Source of the DNA: a virus
Direction: 5' to 3' (one strand)
DNA: 64,000 nt
Virus record (IMG/VR): IMGVR_UViG_3300005264_000830
Location: 65,405-129,404 of that record
This document shows positions 12,801 through 21,940 of the stretch, piece by piece; the first letter of the stretch is position 1, and each line of letters opens with the position of its first letter. The position numbers and the translations under genes were made by a program. The notes below the pieces were generated by a model. The model was not told the DNA's origin. It saw nothing but the letters and a program-made list of their open reading frames with translations, and did no database searches.

Positions 12801-15800
12801 TACCCATAGAATATTTATTTTTTCTGAGGTAGGTACAGGATCAATTATGGATCCACAATACGGGATAGTGTTGGAAATGGATTCTTATAATCGGGAACTG
12901 CAGATATTTTATAGAGGCGGACCAATAGTAGCAACTGTTGATTTACCAACTCAATTACAAGAAAAGTTTGTTCTTACTTTAGACGTTCAAGATAACATAT
13001 TAACTGGGACGTTACAATCTGAAAATTATTATTATCGTGTTGAAGCCGACATAAGTGATTTTGACAGAAATTACACAGGTTGTTGGTTTTCAGCAAATAC
13101 TGGAGGCGCAAAATCTCTACGTACAGTAACAAGTATAAGTATATATGAGAATAAAGGTTTAACTGAACTTATAAGTAATTTACCTGAAAGTATATTAGAC
13201 TTTGATGATACTCCTGATGGTTTTTCCGATGGACAATATCTACAGTCTACTGCATCTGGTACTGTCTGGGCTACGGTTTCAGGGGGTAGTGGAGGTTCTT
13301 CAGATGTAGAAACATTTCTAGATTTAACCGATACTCCAGCCACTTATTTAGGCACCGAAGACATGTATCTTAAATCAACTGGAAGTGAAGCTGTATGGGC
13401 TACAGTTTCTGGAAGTTCTGATGTCAATTTGGAAGATTATGTACCTTGGAATTTCGGGTCAGGAACTATTTCCGGCACTGGTGATATTTATTGTAATGAT
13501 ATTTATACTGCCAGCGGAACTGTTTATATAGGAGATTTGAAATTATCCACTGACGGAGAGAATCTGTTAGTTAATGGTGAGGAAATCACTTCTTCTGGAA
13601 GTGGAGGATCTTCAGATGTTCAATCTTTTCTAGATCTAAATGATACACCAACAGAATATCCTCTTGGCGGTAAATACATAGGTCTTACTATTTCAAATAG
13701 TAAAGTAGATGCGTCATTAACAGATTTTCCAATCATGCTAAATATCTCAGAGGACTCTGGTATTGGCTCAGAAGATTTATCTAGTTTTTTTACTGAACTA
13801 GAAGCACAAGATGTAGATGATAATTTTACTGGAGAGGATGGTGATTCTCCTAGTACTGACTTGTGGCAGGTTGTTGCTGCTCCAGCAGCTACTTCAGGAG
13901 AGATAGATGACAATAAATTAAAAATCACAATTCCTGATTCAGCAAATGATGAGACTTGGAGAATGTCATCAAAATTCTATGTTTCTGGAGACTTTGACAT
14001 CCAAGTTGATTATGAGGAAACTTCTGACACCCCATCATCATCACAGTCATATCCTGCAGAGATGCGACTAGAGTTTATGAATTCTGATCACACATATCTA
14101 CGTACACGCAGAAATAGTGATACTTCAAATGCTATGCATGTTAGTGGTACAAACACAACAAGTACCTCAGTTAGTGATTATGTTGCTTCGGGTAAATTTC
14201 GTGTTACACGTGTAGGTACTGTCATTAAATGGTATTATTGGGATTCTAGTCAATGGGAATGGAGTGGTAGTACTGTTGGATTTACAACTGGAGAAACTAC
14301 TCTTACTGACACACGGGTATCTTTAGCTGGACATGCCGACTTTGATGCGGGTACCGTTACAGAATTTGACAATTTCAAAGTTAATTCTGGAACAATAATT
14401 TGGCCGGAAGGAACTCATCCAAATAGAAAGAAAATTCAAATTAAAGATGCTGTTGGAACTCAATGTTATACTGAAATTGAAACTTGGGATCACTTTAATA
14501 AAAAAGTAGTTCTTCATGTTAAGGCTCCATTTATTAGTTCTGTAGTCGACACACAATTAAATTTGATGTACGATTCAACTATGGAAAATAATACCAGCTT
14601 TGTAGGAGATACTACTGATAGCGGCGTTGTTAGTAATGTTTGGGATGATAATTTTAAAGCTGTATATCACATGGCTCAAGATCCTAGTGACGGAACAGAT
14701 GCTATTTTAGATTCTACTGTCAATTCAACACACGCGTCCCCTGTAAACATGGACTCCAGTAATTTAGTTGATACAGATTTTGGAAAAGCACTAAGTTTTG
14801 ATGGTTCTGCTGAATATATTGATCTCGGTACAGATAAATTGGTGGATATACATGCTGATACATACACAATAGAAGCTTTTGTAAATATCTCAGGAACTGA
14901 TAATAATACACACTATACGATATTCGGAAGCTATGATACCGGCACCGGTGTAATTTTCCGTTGTTCGAGAGATGCTGAAGGTGATGGATATGTATCTAAT
15001 ACGGCTGATTACACAAGTACCTCAGCAAGTGAGAGGGGATATGCAGAAATAGATGGCGTAAATTATTATTCAATGACTGGGCGACCTACTGACTATATAA
15101 CTAATACAAAAAATGGAGTAGTTTTACCTGGTGATATACAGCATATTGCAGGTATCGGATCAGCAACCAGTGATGCCACAGTTAATAAGGAAATAGGTAG
15201 AATTCCACATGCTGGAGGAATTCAATACTTTAAAGGTACCATTAATTCATTAAGAGTTTCAGAGGTAATTAGATCAGCGACTTGGTTAAAGGCCTCTAGC
15301 TTGTCGATGCAAGACCAGTTAATAACTTATCAATTTAATTACCCTTCAAAATATTTATCAGTAAATAGTACAGCTGATGCTTTAGTTTTCAAAGATTTTG
15401 ATTTAGTAACTAATTCAACTCTTCTAAGTTTAGACGATACTCCAACTACTTATTCAGGAACTGAAGGATTGTACGCTAAATCTACAGGTGATGGGATAGT
15501 GTTTGCCGAGACTATATCTTCTTGGAACTTCGGAGATAATACTATTTCAGGCACTGGTGACATTTACTGTAATGACCTTTTTACTGCCAGTGGTACTGTT
15601 TATATAGGAGATTTAAAATTATCCTCTGACGGAGAAAATTTACTTATAGGTGATTCTCAAGAAATAGTTTCTACAGGAGTTTCAAATGCACAAACATTGT
15701 TAGATTTGGACGATACATCAGTTACCTATTCAGGAACTGAAAATCAGTATCTAAAATCTACAGGATCGGGCACAGCTTGGGATTATGTTTCAGAGATTAA

Positions 15801-17304
15801 TACAGGAGATATAGATCCTACGTATGATTCTTTAGGAACATTAAATTCATTATATGTAAGTTCTGAATCTAACTCTATCTTTGAAAAAAATAGAGAAGCA
15901 GTTATTGAAGAACTTCCATATACTGCAAAATCTATAATTATAGATGTTTTGGACAATTACGGAGAAGAAAATCTTAATATCAGGTCCGTTGAATTTTATA
16001 ATGGAGACTCACTCTTAACATTTGGTTATGATGACTATACTTCAGATGCTACCAGTTCACATGGAGCTCTACCAGATAGTCAAAGACATATGTTCAATAC
16101 GTCATTATCCAAAACTGGAACAAGGAACAACACATCGTGGCTTACACCTTATGGAGTTGTTACTAATCAAAGAGCCATTGTGGTTTTTGATACAGCCATT
16201 ACATTCACAAAGATAGTAATAAATAATGGACATAATGGTGGAGGAATGACTACCGGAGCAAAGAATACAAAAATTTATACATCTTCAAATGAAATTACCA
16301 GTACAGTATTTAATGAAGTAGTACCGAACTCTTTATTAATTTTTGATGGTATATTCACTGAACATGTAGCTGAAGATACTATAGATGATGAGCTACTTAG
16401 TTTAATTCCTAATGTAGCAGTAGAAAATTCTGGTTGGGACATAGTTTTAGAAACAAAAAATAATTTAATTGAGTTAAATGACACACCAACTACGTATTCG
16501 GGTACAGAGGATATGTACCTACAATCAACTGGTTCTGGTACAGTTTGGTCTACAATTGTAGAGGAAGGAACTTCAAACGTTCAATCCTTTTTAGATTTAG
16601 ACGATACTCCAACAACGTATACTGAAGGACAAGTTCTAGTATCTACAGTTTCTGGAATAGAATTCGCGGGTAACAGTGAGACAAAAACGTTTGTAAAAGC
16701 TGGACCTTCAACTAATCAATTAATAACTGATGATGTAACTTTAGCATTGGATTCAGTTTTTGATGGTAATACAGCATTGGTTTCAGGAACCAATATTATT
16801 ATCCCTGAAGACGGTAGATATAATATTAAGTATCAAATTATGTATACAGATAGTGAGCCTGATAACGCCACATTACAAGAAGTGTATGTAGAAACAAGAG
16901 TCAATACCTCAGTTATTAATAAGTATAGAAATGCTGCTGGGCATAGTACTGGGTGGAATGGTATGGGTATATATGGAGAAGTTCCATCATTAGAACTAGA
17001 CGCTGGTGATTTAGTTGATTTTACTGTAGGACAATGGACACAGGTAGAGAGGGTATTGGTATCTAACTCTGCTAAGACTTGGGTACATATAGAAAAAACT
17101 CATGATCCTATAGTGAATGTAATTAACAACTCTGCGTTTACTTCTTTAGTCGACACACCATCTTCGTACACTGAAGGACAGTATTTAAGAACCACTGCTT
17201 CTGGAATTAATGCTATAGATGGTATTATATTAAAAGCACCGGATGATAGTGAATGGTTATTAGGAGTTACAAATTCGGGAACCCTTACTGTAACGGAGGT
17301 ATAG
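6805..17304 (+). CDS. Giant (3499 aa) modular tail fibre/appendage protein with two DUF2341-like+LamG modules, further LamG/lectin-like domains and repeated fibre-joint motifs
   Basis: TAATG overlap with the upstream gene. 11 copies of a (F/L/I)xxLxDTP-type repeat. QCYT.(V/I)E.WD...K.VVLH.K.P and VWDD.F.AVY motifs occur twice. LamG motifs WHHFVITYNG and WVHIVSVYD. Confidence 0.75.
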   Translation: MEATYISTNSFSITGQKTEEFLPNRRLRLDCGVDGIKYASIISAVFTSVTIVVIDENILTSNLTDVLYSVVKTGTQGNLADHFHSSTEGDGGYIAPPTFEFTGLTDTPTTYSGTEGLYAQSTGSGIIWTEVTTSGGEGGSSDVQTFLDLTDTPTSYPADGDYISILVDGSNLTEPISNYPLTLKLSDSAGTNSKDLTAFFNELTVSPDDAFIGEDGDLPNSDLWNLEYLQDNAIIQDNRLRVSSSYNTPIPSMYQISGDFDIQIDLIMIVLPSTAAWTMGFYVEWEGSTTDLVRMSRRYDVAVNQCYQADRRISGTWTSISDVATSDTNLSLRITRSGTTFTCYYWNGSWVSMGTYNGVADDVRVVLDHGPWSTPPAITGDFDNFKINSGTVVWPNGYPTNKRFSIQDTNGNQCYTAVEKWDIDNKEVVLHTKVPLISTNTTEYRLFYDASMEDNIIYVSDSHEHLDKGFTGETFTYPDGHIMDKHSWYTNYDLFATDDLSNVLTNIQDNKLQIDITVAATSRGNLITKGKLSGDFDIQIDWEMVGSEELAMYLWKDLTSLDDRCYIGINPANEDIRTRSKIGTTWDTEVNVSRTNDFGRFRVQRVGSAMTWQYQDGEQSWQTLGTSTWISDDCHIVLYGKCTNITLTTLIFDNLILNSGSLIEPGAYTRVWDDHFTAVYDLNQVPVVDQATILDATTNFQHAIARGTLNSSNLVDSFLTTGIQFDIDDDSIHIPDGVFSNLSHTTEIFAKFETGFADGNILCKGGSGESVPTNIYRWNWKTYGLGYYYEYDNGTNSTEHVTTLPINPRDLEYHTFSTIQGTDCYKAGIDNYVSQWATGVGNTDSTAGTALGPCYNDNNGVRTYSNWHGVVELVRISDIIRSDSWVKATNLAIRDEFVSFEFGTVSKYLAPSSTANKLEFKDFSVLKDTNFTDLLDTPESYINNEGKLLQTTTSGIEFVPRNKILSQISTVTSTGTLTPGDYYTFRIDDTSYNYYISSQDNFLSMRDNVWVINTLSDLKVMTETHPGVEFKITDAYITGDTYNYMVNKIWLTGDYSVTVYGEVINTNYNGSGLEIKIDDSSQAIQGYMKAGYDYGDKFISNIGGLSTAARSDDSFAIRMIRTGTSLTSHYSDGQTGAYTLLRTGTVDTGVHSVTLGLWCSGSISSDQIVRVDEVIIDYAGGYELNEAFSMPTISGMMSELSSDVTYYNSLSTFNDSISLTISGASTFDVTNLEATNNFNLNTKYQYLGSIENFPDIPNDPEPCEVLRRNEQGTAYEWADVILPEGRQQIIFDSQAYGDYSLQINNDVFNNRGLSIDPLYSFSVRNGLFLEDRDRLTIINGGTGTELITGQVNSFAKKWDNTGSSYTQINGMKADIFASNASLSFWYYVDFVANWLPFIGKSDASNSEWRCWLGNDENFDLFGSVPAVWDLTSLSLSTNWHHFVITYNGINAELFVDDTSQGTRAFTAGSSTDKIFYINRDGSGANYADGAVESIKIFEDILTAADITKLYNEIPVSNYMSLISSDINTHIKYTAEIADGKIYARTMYPIDVSVTTGAGLNYEMPLREISIESLTNTSSPEPGQFVRKDYTGTAYEWVSGQIADGRQQTVFSLPDTISGTEISIELDGTTFSGTFGKLPDIDPIQEFLFEGVGTEDTSAYSNNLTLSSASITTGKFSSSNAISFTTNGEANASIDLSGDQSHSVSAFLYIPSTLPDTRDGVMMLGPQTTGGLHWLLQASGSLQIGRYNGESVSVDVSSYTGQWVHIVSVYDKDAETLTSYLNGNFVSSVNMSSFSLNGSTILGEGVQAEPSFGGKIDQFRVYNFPLSTNQIAILAHEHTDYNTDYKILSHLATQIQAHADYTAEVVDDKLYVKGVQSNTYTVDTTKINYEIIPREISLEIMTGTEAPGPNQILHRNSTNTGYEWKDIPDVQVPVIKELFDSFDTDIWELVGDASYDATNDLVILVPNAYSSAGQLLYKPGITADNFTIVTNCEASGGTADTHRIFIFSEVGTGSIMDPQYGIVLEMDSYNRELQIFYRGGPIVATVDLPTQLQEKFVLTLDVQDNILTGTLQSENYYYRVEADISDFDRNYTGCWFSANTGGAKSLRTVTSISIYENKGLTELISNLPESILDFDDTPDGFSDGQYLQSTASGTVWATVSGGSGGSSDVETFLDLTDTPATYLGTEDMYLKSTGSEAVWATVSGSSDVNLEDYVPWNFGSGTISGTGDIYCNDIYTASGTVYIGDLKLSTDGENLLVNGEEITSSGSGGSSDVQSFLDLNDTPTEYPLGGKYIGLTISNSKVDASLTDFPIMLNISEDSGIGSEDLSSFFTELEAQDVDDNFTGEDGDSPSTDLWQVVAAPAATSGEIDDNKLKITIPDSANDETWRMSSKFYVSGDFDIQVDYEETSDTPSSSQSYPAEMRLEFMNSDHTYLRTRRNSDTSNAMHVSGTNTTSTSVSDYVASGKFRVTRVGTVIKWYYWDSSQWEWSGSTVGFTTGETTLTDTRVSLAGHADFDAGTVTEFDNFKVNSGTIIWPEGTHPNRKKIQIKDAVGTQCYTEIETWDHFNKKVVLHVKAPFISSVVDTQLNLMYDSTMENNTSFVGDTTDSGVVSNVWDDNFKAVYHMAQDPSDGTDAILDSTVNSTHASPVNMDSSNLVDTDFGKALSFDGSAEYIDLGTDKLVDIHADTYTIEAFVNISGTDNNTHYTIFGSYDTGTGVIFRCSRDAEGDGYVSNTADYTSTSASERGYAEIDGVNYYSMTGRPTDYITNTKNGVVLPGDIQHIAGIGSATSDATVNKEIGRIPHAGGIQYFKGTINSLRVSEVIRSATWLKASSLSMQDQLITYQFNYPSKYLSVNSTADALVFKDFDLVTNSTLLSLDDTPTTYSGTEGLYAKSTGDGIVFAETISSWNFGDNTISGTGDIYCNDLFTASGTVYIGDLKLSSDGENLLIGDSQEIVSTGVSNAQTLLDLDDTSVTYSGTENQYLKSTGSGTAWDYVSEINTGDIDPTYDSLGTLNSLYVSSESNSIFEKNREAVIEELPYTAKSIIIDVLDNYGEENLNIRSVEFYNGDSLLTFGYDDYTSDATSSHGALPDSQRHMFNTSLSKTGTRNNTSWLTPYGVVTNQRAIVVFDTAITFTKIVINNGHNGGGMTTGAKNTKIYTSSNEITSTVFNEVVPNSLLIFDGIFTEHVAEDTIDDELLSLIPNVAVENSGWDIVLETKNNLIELNDTPTTYSGTEDMYLQSTGSGTVWSTIVEEGTSNVQSFLDLDDTPTTYTEGQVLVSTVSGIEFAGNSETKTFVKAGPSTNQLITDDVTLALDSVFDGNTALVSGTNIIIPEDGRYNIKYQIMYTDSEPDNATLQEVYVETRVNTSVINKYRNAAGHSTGWNGMGIYGEVPSLELDAGDLVDFTVGQWTQVERVLVSNSAKTWVHIEKTHDPIVNVINNSAFTSLVDTPSSYTEGQYLRTTASGINAIDGIILKAPDDSEWLLGVTNSGTLTVTEV
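7105..17220 (+). repeat. Protein-level repeat FLDLxDTPxxYxGxExxYLxSTxSGxxW, 11 copies (near 7105, 7240, 9595, 13192, 13315, 13627, 15421, 15697, 16465, 16588, 17137)
   Basis: Read directly from the translation of 6805..17304. Confidence 0.85.
13447..15645 (+). repeat. Two diverged ~120-bp copies (about 13447-13566 and 15523-15642) encoding WNFG..TISGTGDIYCND..TASGTVYIGDLKLS.DGENLL
   Basis: Near-identical peptide and clear nucleotide similarity, with mostly synonymous differences. Confidence 0.85.
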
Positions 17305-17305
17305 T

Positions 17306-18076
17306 ATGTCAGATTGTCAAGATCTGTATACATGGGTAGATGAAATATTTTATGAGTGGATAGATGAAGCCTACTTCGAGTTCGGCGAGTGTCCTACTGG
17401 CGTACTTTATCAAGTATGGAAAGATGCCGATTATGCTTATGCTGTGACTTCTTCTGGATTAGATATGTATGATATTAATTCTGCTAATAAAGTATCCTAT
17501 ATAAATAATAGAGGCGGTTTTACAACTATTTGGGGTAATGATTCTACAATTTATTTAGGTACTTCAGATGAAGGTATAAAGTATATAGATAAAACTACGT
17601 TTTCAGGCGGAGATTTAACCATTAATTTACAAGAGTACGATTACACTTATAATACAGCCTCCAATAGCATTAAATATTTACATGGGTACACAGATACTTT
17701 AGTTGCGATCACTGAGGATGCTATAGATATATTAAATAATAGTAGACATAGTTTTAAAAGTACAACGAGCGGTACTAATTTTACTAAATGCTTTATGACT
17801 TCTAAAGGTGAGTTATATTACATTACACAAGACTCACCAACAGATGGAATATCAAAAATTAATTCTGTATTATGTGATTGGATAGCTCCTGATACTTTTT
17901 ATGGGTCCGGTACTTCCTTTTTACCAGCTGAACAGGGAGTAAATGATATATTTATAACAGAAAATACTTCTTCTACTGGAGAAGATAATACAATTTTTGT
18001 TGCTACAACTAATGGAGCAGTTATACTAGATGAGGGTACCACAGAGTTTGATACATATTACAGTAAGGATGGATAA
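17306..18076 (+). CDS. Virion-associated protein, beta-propeller-like
   Basis: 256-aa ORF inside the structural run; blade-like motifs IYLGTSDEGI and IFVATTNGA. Confidence 0.5.
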   Translation: MSDCQDLYTWVDEIFYEWIDEAYFEFGECPTGVLYQVWKDADYAYAVTSSGLDMYDINSANKVSYINNRGGFTTIWGNDSTIYLGTSDEGIKYIDKTTFSGGDLTINLQEYDYTYNTASNSIKYLHGYTDTLVAITEDAIDILNNSRHSFKSTTSGTNFTKCFMTSKGELYYITQDSPTDGISKINSVLCDWIAPDTFYGSGTSFLPAEQGVNDIFITENTSSTGEDNTIFVATTNGAVILDEGTTEFDTYYSKDG

Positions 18077-18079
18077 TTT

Positions 18080-21000
18080 ATGTCACAATTAGCACTATCA
18101 GTAGAGTTTATTGATCTAGAGATGGCCGGAACCACTGAAGCTACCACTTCAGGTATGTTAACTAAGGGCCAGGATATATCGAACTGTGTTCCTTTTATGT
18201 CTCACTATTGTGAGAACGAAAGTTGGGATGGTCAGATGACAGATTACTGGTTTACTGATGTGGGAGGCCCAGCAATAAATGCTCGCCGAACTACACCAAG
18301 AGACAATACAATATATATAAAAGGGTATGTTGTAGAATTTGATCCAGAAAAAGTTAAAGTATATCAGGGAGATATACCTACTACTATAAATTATAATTCG
18401 GAGACTTCGGTAACTGTAACAACAGCAAGCGGGGCTTATGATACGTCGCGTACGGCCATGAAGTTTTATTATAGAGTTGATGGGTCTTCTAATCCTACAT
18501 ATCCTGGCCAGTTTTTGGTTAGGGGGCAAGTGGTTGACGGTACTTCTATTTCTTTTAATAAACATGTTAACGTCGCAAATACACATTATGGGCATTATTT
18601 TATGTTTGAGTCTATTGATGATGATTTTACTGTAGAACATAACTCTGGTACATTTACTGGAGGAATAGGTATTGAAGTACCTGTGTATGATTGGCACAAT
18701 TCATTTCTTATTTGTTCTAATTCTACTAGTTGGAATGGCACAGGTACTGATTACGCTACTATGCGTGCCTATTTATGGGGAAATTCTCGTATCCACATGA
18801 ACAGACAAAGTTCCTCTTACACTTGTTATTATAATACGCAACTTATTGAATTTAGTAATGAAGCAACTTTATCTGGAGTAAGGTATTGTCCTAAAATAAC
18901 TAATTATCATAGTATGAATACTACAACTACAGAGCGTACTCTTACACATAGAGAGAACCATATACAAAATTCTGATACTCTTATGATGTCAGTAACTCAA
19001 AATCCTACAAGAAATGCGTCTACAACTCAAAACAACCAAGAAGGTGCTTTTCATGCTATATGGTGTACCAATAGTGGGACTCAATATATAATTAAACGGG
19101 CTGTATCGACTTTTTATGCGTATCCTACTTATTATTTAATAGATTGGAATGGGCAATACCCTCAGTATCCTGATTTGGGAACAAATCCTGCACCAATAGC
19201 TTCAGGCACATCTCCAGTTAAATCGGTGGAGAATATAGTTACTAATATAGCAGAACATGTAGAGGTTGTACATCTATCTAAAGGACAAGATGTAGCAAAC
19301 TGTATTGTATTCGAATCTGGATTTTCTAATAAAACTAGTTCTTACGAACAATACTACCAGCATGAAGCTATGACATACTTTAGGGGTAATGAGTTATACA
19401 TAGAACGTGGTAATGAGGGTTGGGATAGGCATACCGATTTATCTGTAGTTGAGTTTTACCCTGATCAAGTCAGAGTTCAACAAGGGCAATTTATTATAGA
19501 CAGAAACGCTACAGAAACTACGGTAACTCTTGATTATGAGATAGACATCGAAAAAACTTTTTTAGTTTTCGGTCATTTTATGGGGGGTAGTGAAGGTCAG
19601 TGGGGTTATCATCAAGTTCTAGGTTATACTCAAAACACAACTACTCTTCATTTTTCTCGTGGAACGGCATCTACATATCCTATAATGGGTTCTTGGTATA
19701 TAGCTGAAGATTTAGGGGATAATTGGGACGTTAAACGTGTTAATACTGGATTTTCTTCTTTTAGTTCGTATTCGTATGAATGGCCGTGGCACGCTTCTAT
19801 ATATAATACATTTGTACTAATTTCTAATAAAATAGACACTACAAATGGTGCACCTATCTATTCTACTTGGAGAACCTTTAACCATGGCCCATTAGATTCT
19901 GGTAGAGTAGATAGATATAGTAATTCATATAATACTCAAGTAGGTATACAAGTAATTAAGTTTACCAATGATGATCGTATTAGAACTCATTACTCAGCAA
20001 GGAATTTAACTGGTACAGAAGAAAGTGAAACTTATACACCTTATACAGCCATGTCTGGTATGAATGTTACTGCTGTATTAAGTAGTTTAAATGGACAATA
20101 CAGAACTAATTCGACTAGTTCTAGTAGAAGTGTCTGCGCTTTTGCTAGAATACATTATGATGAAGATACAAATCAAGTAACTTTATCTAGAAATAATGGA
20201 TCTAATTATAGTGTAACTTCTGAGGCTACAATTTATACAGTAGCTTGGGAAGGATTCGAGTCAAATACTGGCGATAAAGAGATTGATAATTATGGATATT
20301 TCATAAAATCAATAGATAGACATACATACACCGGAAGTACTAGGCGTTGGCAAACACGGATAGAGAACGGACAAGATTTAAATAATTGTATTCCTATAAC
20401 TACGTGTGGTATAGGTGAAACAGCGGCAGCAGATTTGGAGCGTATGTTTTTTACTCCGTGGATATATCCTGACTTAGGGAGAATACATTATGAAGCTTAT
20501 TGGACACCAAATAATCCAGGCATAGATATGGCACTACAGTTATTAGAATTTGACCCAGAACAAGTTAAGGTACAAAGAGGCTATACTTACTTATGGAATG
20601 GGGCAGCTACTGCTACGAATGTGATTGAAGAAGTAGATATTACAAAAACCTTTATGATGCATTATGTGTATGTAAGTGATAATGTCGGCACAACTTTTGG
20701 TGGAGCGTCTATAGCAGGTAAGATTAATACATCTACTGAATTACATTTTGAGCGCGGTAATACAACTGGTAGTACTATGATTACCTGGTATGTAGTTGAG
20801 TGTCTTCAAGATCAATGGGTAGTTCAACATGGGGAGATTAATAATTCTAATACGACTTATTATACTTGGGACTGCATTGATATGCCAGAGCATAGATCAA
20901 TTACTTGGATGTCTTACGCACAAGAACAGACTCAGTTTTATCCCTCTTATTGTATGTTTAGAACATATGCGAATCACGATCAACGCGGTATATATCAAGT

Positions 21001-21625
21001 AAGGGGAAATAGACAATCTTCTGGCTCAGAAGTTGAACGAATGAATTTTTCTGGTATTACTTTTAATGAAAATTTAGGGATATATGTAGACCATGTACAT
21101 TTTTATTTCGGCACTTCGGCTACATCTGTTACTGTTGATTTAAATAGAGAGTATGATATGAACCGTACTGTATTTTGGGCAGGGCAGGCACAATCGATGA
21201 TGCGCACTAATACTACCAGTACTTCAGTTGGGCCACAACATGGTTATTTTAAAGCTGAATTTCAAGATTCAACTACGTTATTGGTTACAAGAAATGTGTC
21301 TTCTCCAGCGTATGAGTCTTGGGGGCACGTATATTTAATAGAGATACCTTTACCTACTTATAAAGTAGCTGGCGTGGTAAGAGAAAAAGGTAGTTTTGTT
21401 GAGAGAACCCTCCATTTACATAGGTCTGACACTGGAGAATTTATGGCCAAAACTACTTCCAGTGGTATCGATGGTACGTATGAGTTTCTTACTACATATA
21501 GTGGGTCTACTTATGTAGTTTGTTTTGATGATGTTGAGGGAACACAATATAATGGGTTAATAGAAACAGAAGTATTTCCTACAGTCCTTACAGGAACATG
21601 GGCAGCTGACCAAGGATGGGTGTAA
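18080..21625 (+). CDS. Virion structural protein with three tandem internal repeats and the shared C-terminal adaptor-like domain
   Basis: GQD..NC and VVEFDPE.V.V..G each occur three times; C-terminal domain similar to those in 21941, 25973 and 27467. Confidence 0.65.
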   Translation: MSQLALSVEFIDLEMAGTTEATTSGMLTKGQDISNCVPFMSHYCENESWDGQMTDYWFTDVGGPAINARRTTPRDNTIYIKGYVVEFDPEKVKVYQGDIPTTINYNSETSVTVTTASGAYDTSRTAMKFYYRVDGSSNPTYPGQFLVRGQVVDGTSISFNKHVNVANTHYGHYFMFESIDDDFTVEHNSGTFTGGIGIEVPVYDWHNSFLICSNSTSWNGTGTDYATMRAYLWGNSRIHMNRQSSSYTCYYNTQLIEFSNEATLSGVRYCPKITNYHSMNTTTTERTLTHRENHIQNSDTLMMSVTQNPTRNASTTQNNQEGAFHAIWCTNSGTQYIIKRAVSTFYAYPTYYLIDWNGQYPQYPDLGTNPAPIASGTSPVKSVENIVTNIAEHVEVVHLSKGQDVANCIVFESGFSNKTSSYEQYYQHEAMTYFRGNELYIERGNEGWDRHTDLSVVEFYPDQVRVQQGQFIIDRNATETTVTLDYEIDIEKTFLVFGHFMGGSEGQWGYHQVLGYTQNTTTLHFSRGTASTYPIMGSWYIAEDLGDNWDVKRVNTGFSSFSSYSYEWPWHASIYNTFVLISNKIDTTNGAPIYSTWRTFNHGPLDSGRVDRYSNSYNTQVGIQVIKFTNDDRIRTHYSARNLTGTEESETYTPYTAMSGMNVTAVLSSLNGQYRTNSTSSSRSVCAFARIHYDEDTNQVTLSRNNGSNYSVTSEATIYTVAWEGFESNTGDKEIDNYGYFIKSIDRHTYTGSTRRWQTRIENGQDLNNCIPITTCGIGETAAADLERMFFTPWIYPDLGRIHYEAYWTPNNPGIDMALQLLEFDPEQVKVQRGYTYLWNGAATATNVIEEVDITKTFMMHYVYVSDNVGTTFGGASIAGKINTSTELHFERGNTTGSTMITWYVVECLQDQWVVQHGEINNSNTTYYTWDCIDMPEHRSITWMSYAQEQTQFYPSYCMFRTYANHDQRGIYQVRGNRQSSGSEVERMNFSGITFNENLGIYVDHVHFYFGTSATSVTVDLNREYDMNRTVFWAGQAQSMMRTNTTSTSVGPQHGYFKAEFQDSTTLLVTRNVSSPAYESWGHVYLIEIPLPTYKVAGVVREKGSFVERTLHLHRSDTGEFMAKTTSSGIDGTYEFLTTYSGSTYVVCFDDVEGTQYNGLIETEVFPTVLTGTWAADQGWV

Positions 21626-21939
21626 TGCCAGATTTTGATTTTATACAAGATAGGAATACTTTTCCAATATCTACAGAACTCGATTTTAATTTTGGAGCAG
21701 GACAAATAAATGTTTTAGCAGGAAACTCTAATGTAATTACAGCGATTTGGGCAGAACCAGATGCAGGCAGGTCTTCAGGAAAGATGCATGTTACTTCTTA
21801 TGGAGAAGGAGCAGCATTTTCTATATTAGATTTAAAAACTAAAATATTATATGACAGATATACTGTTACAGTAAAAGGCAGAGCTAACGAGACATTGAAG
21901 CAAGAAGATCCAAAAGATTTAGTTGGGGGAAGTGAATAA
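21625..21939 (+). CDS. Small virion-associated hypothetical protein
   Basis: Start placed at the TAATG overlap (MPDFDFIQDRN...) rather than 21616. Confidence 0.55.
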   Translation: MPDFDFIQDRNTFPISTELDFNFGAGQINVLAGNSNVITAIWAEPDAGRSSGKMHVTSYGEGAAFSILDLKTKILYDRYTVTVKGRANETLKQEDPKDLVGGSE

Positions 21940-21940
21940 A

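Noticed and set aside
13447-15645. Diverged repeat pair read as a diversity-generating retroelement TR/VR
   Set aside because: Both copies are in frame within one gene, differences are mostly synonymous and not adenine-specific, and no reverse transcriptase is in the window.
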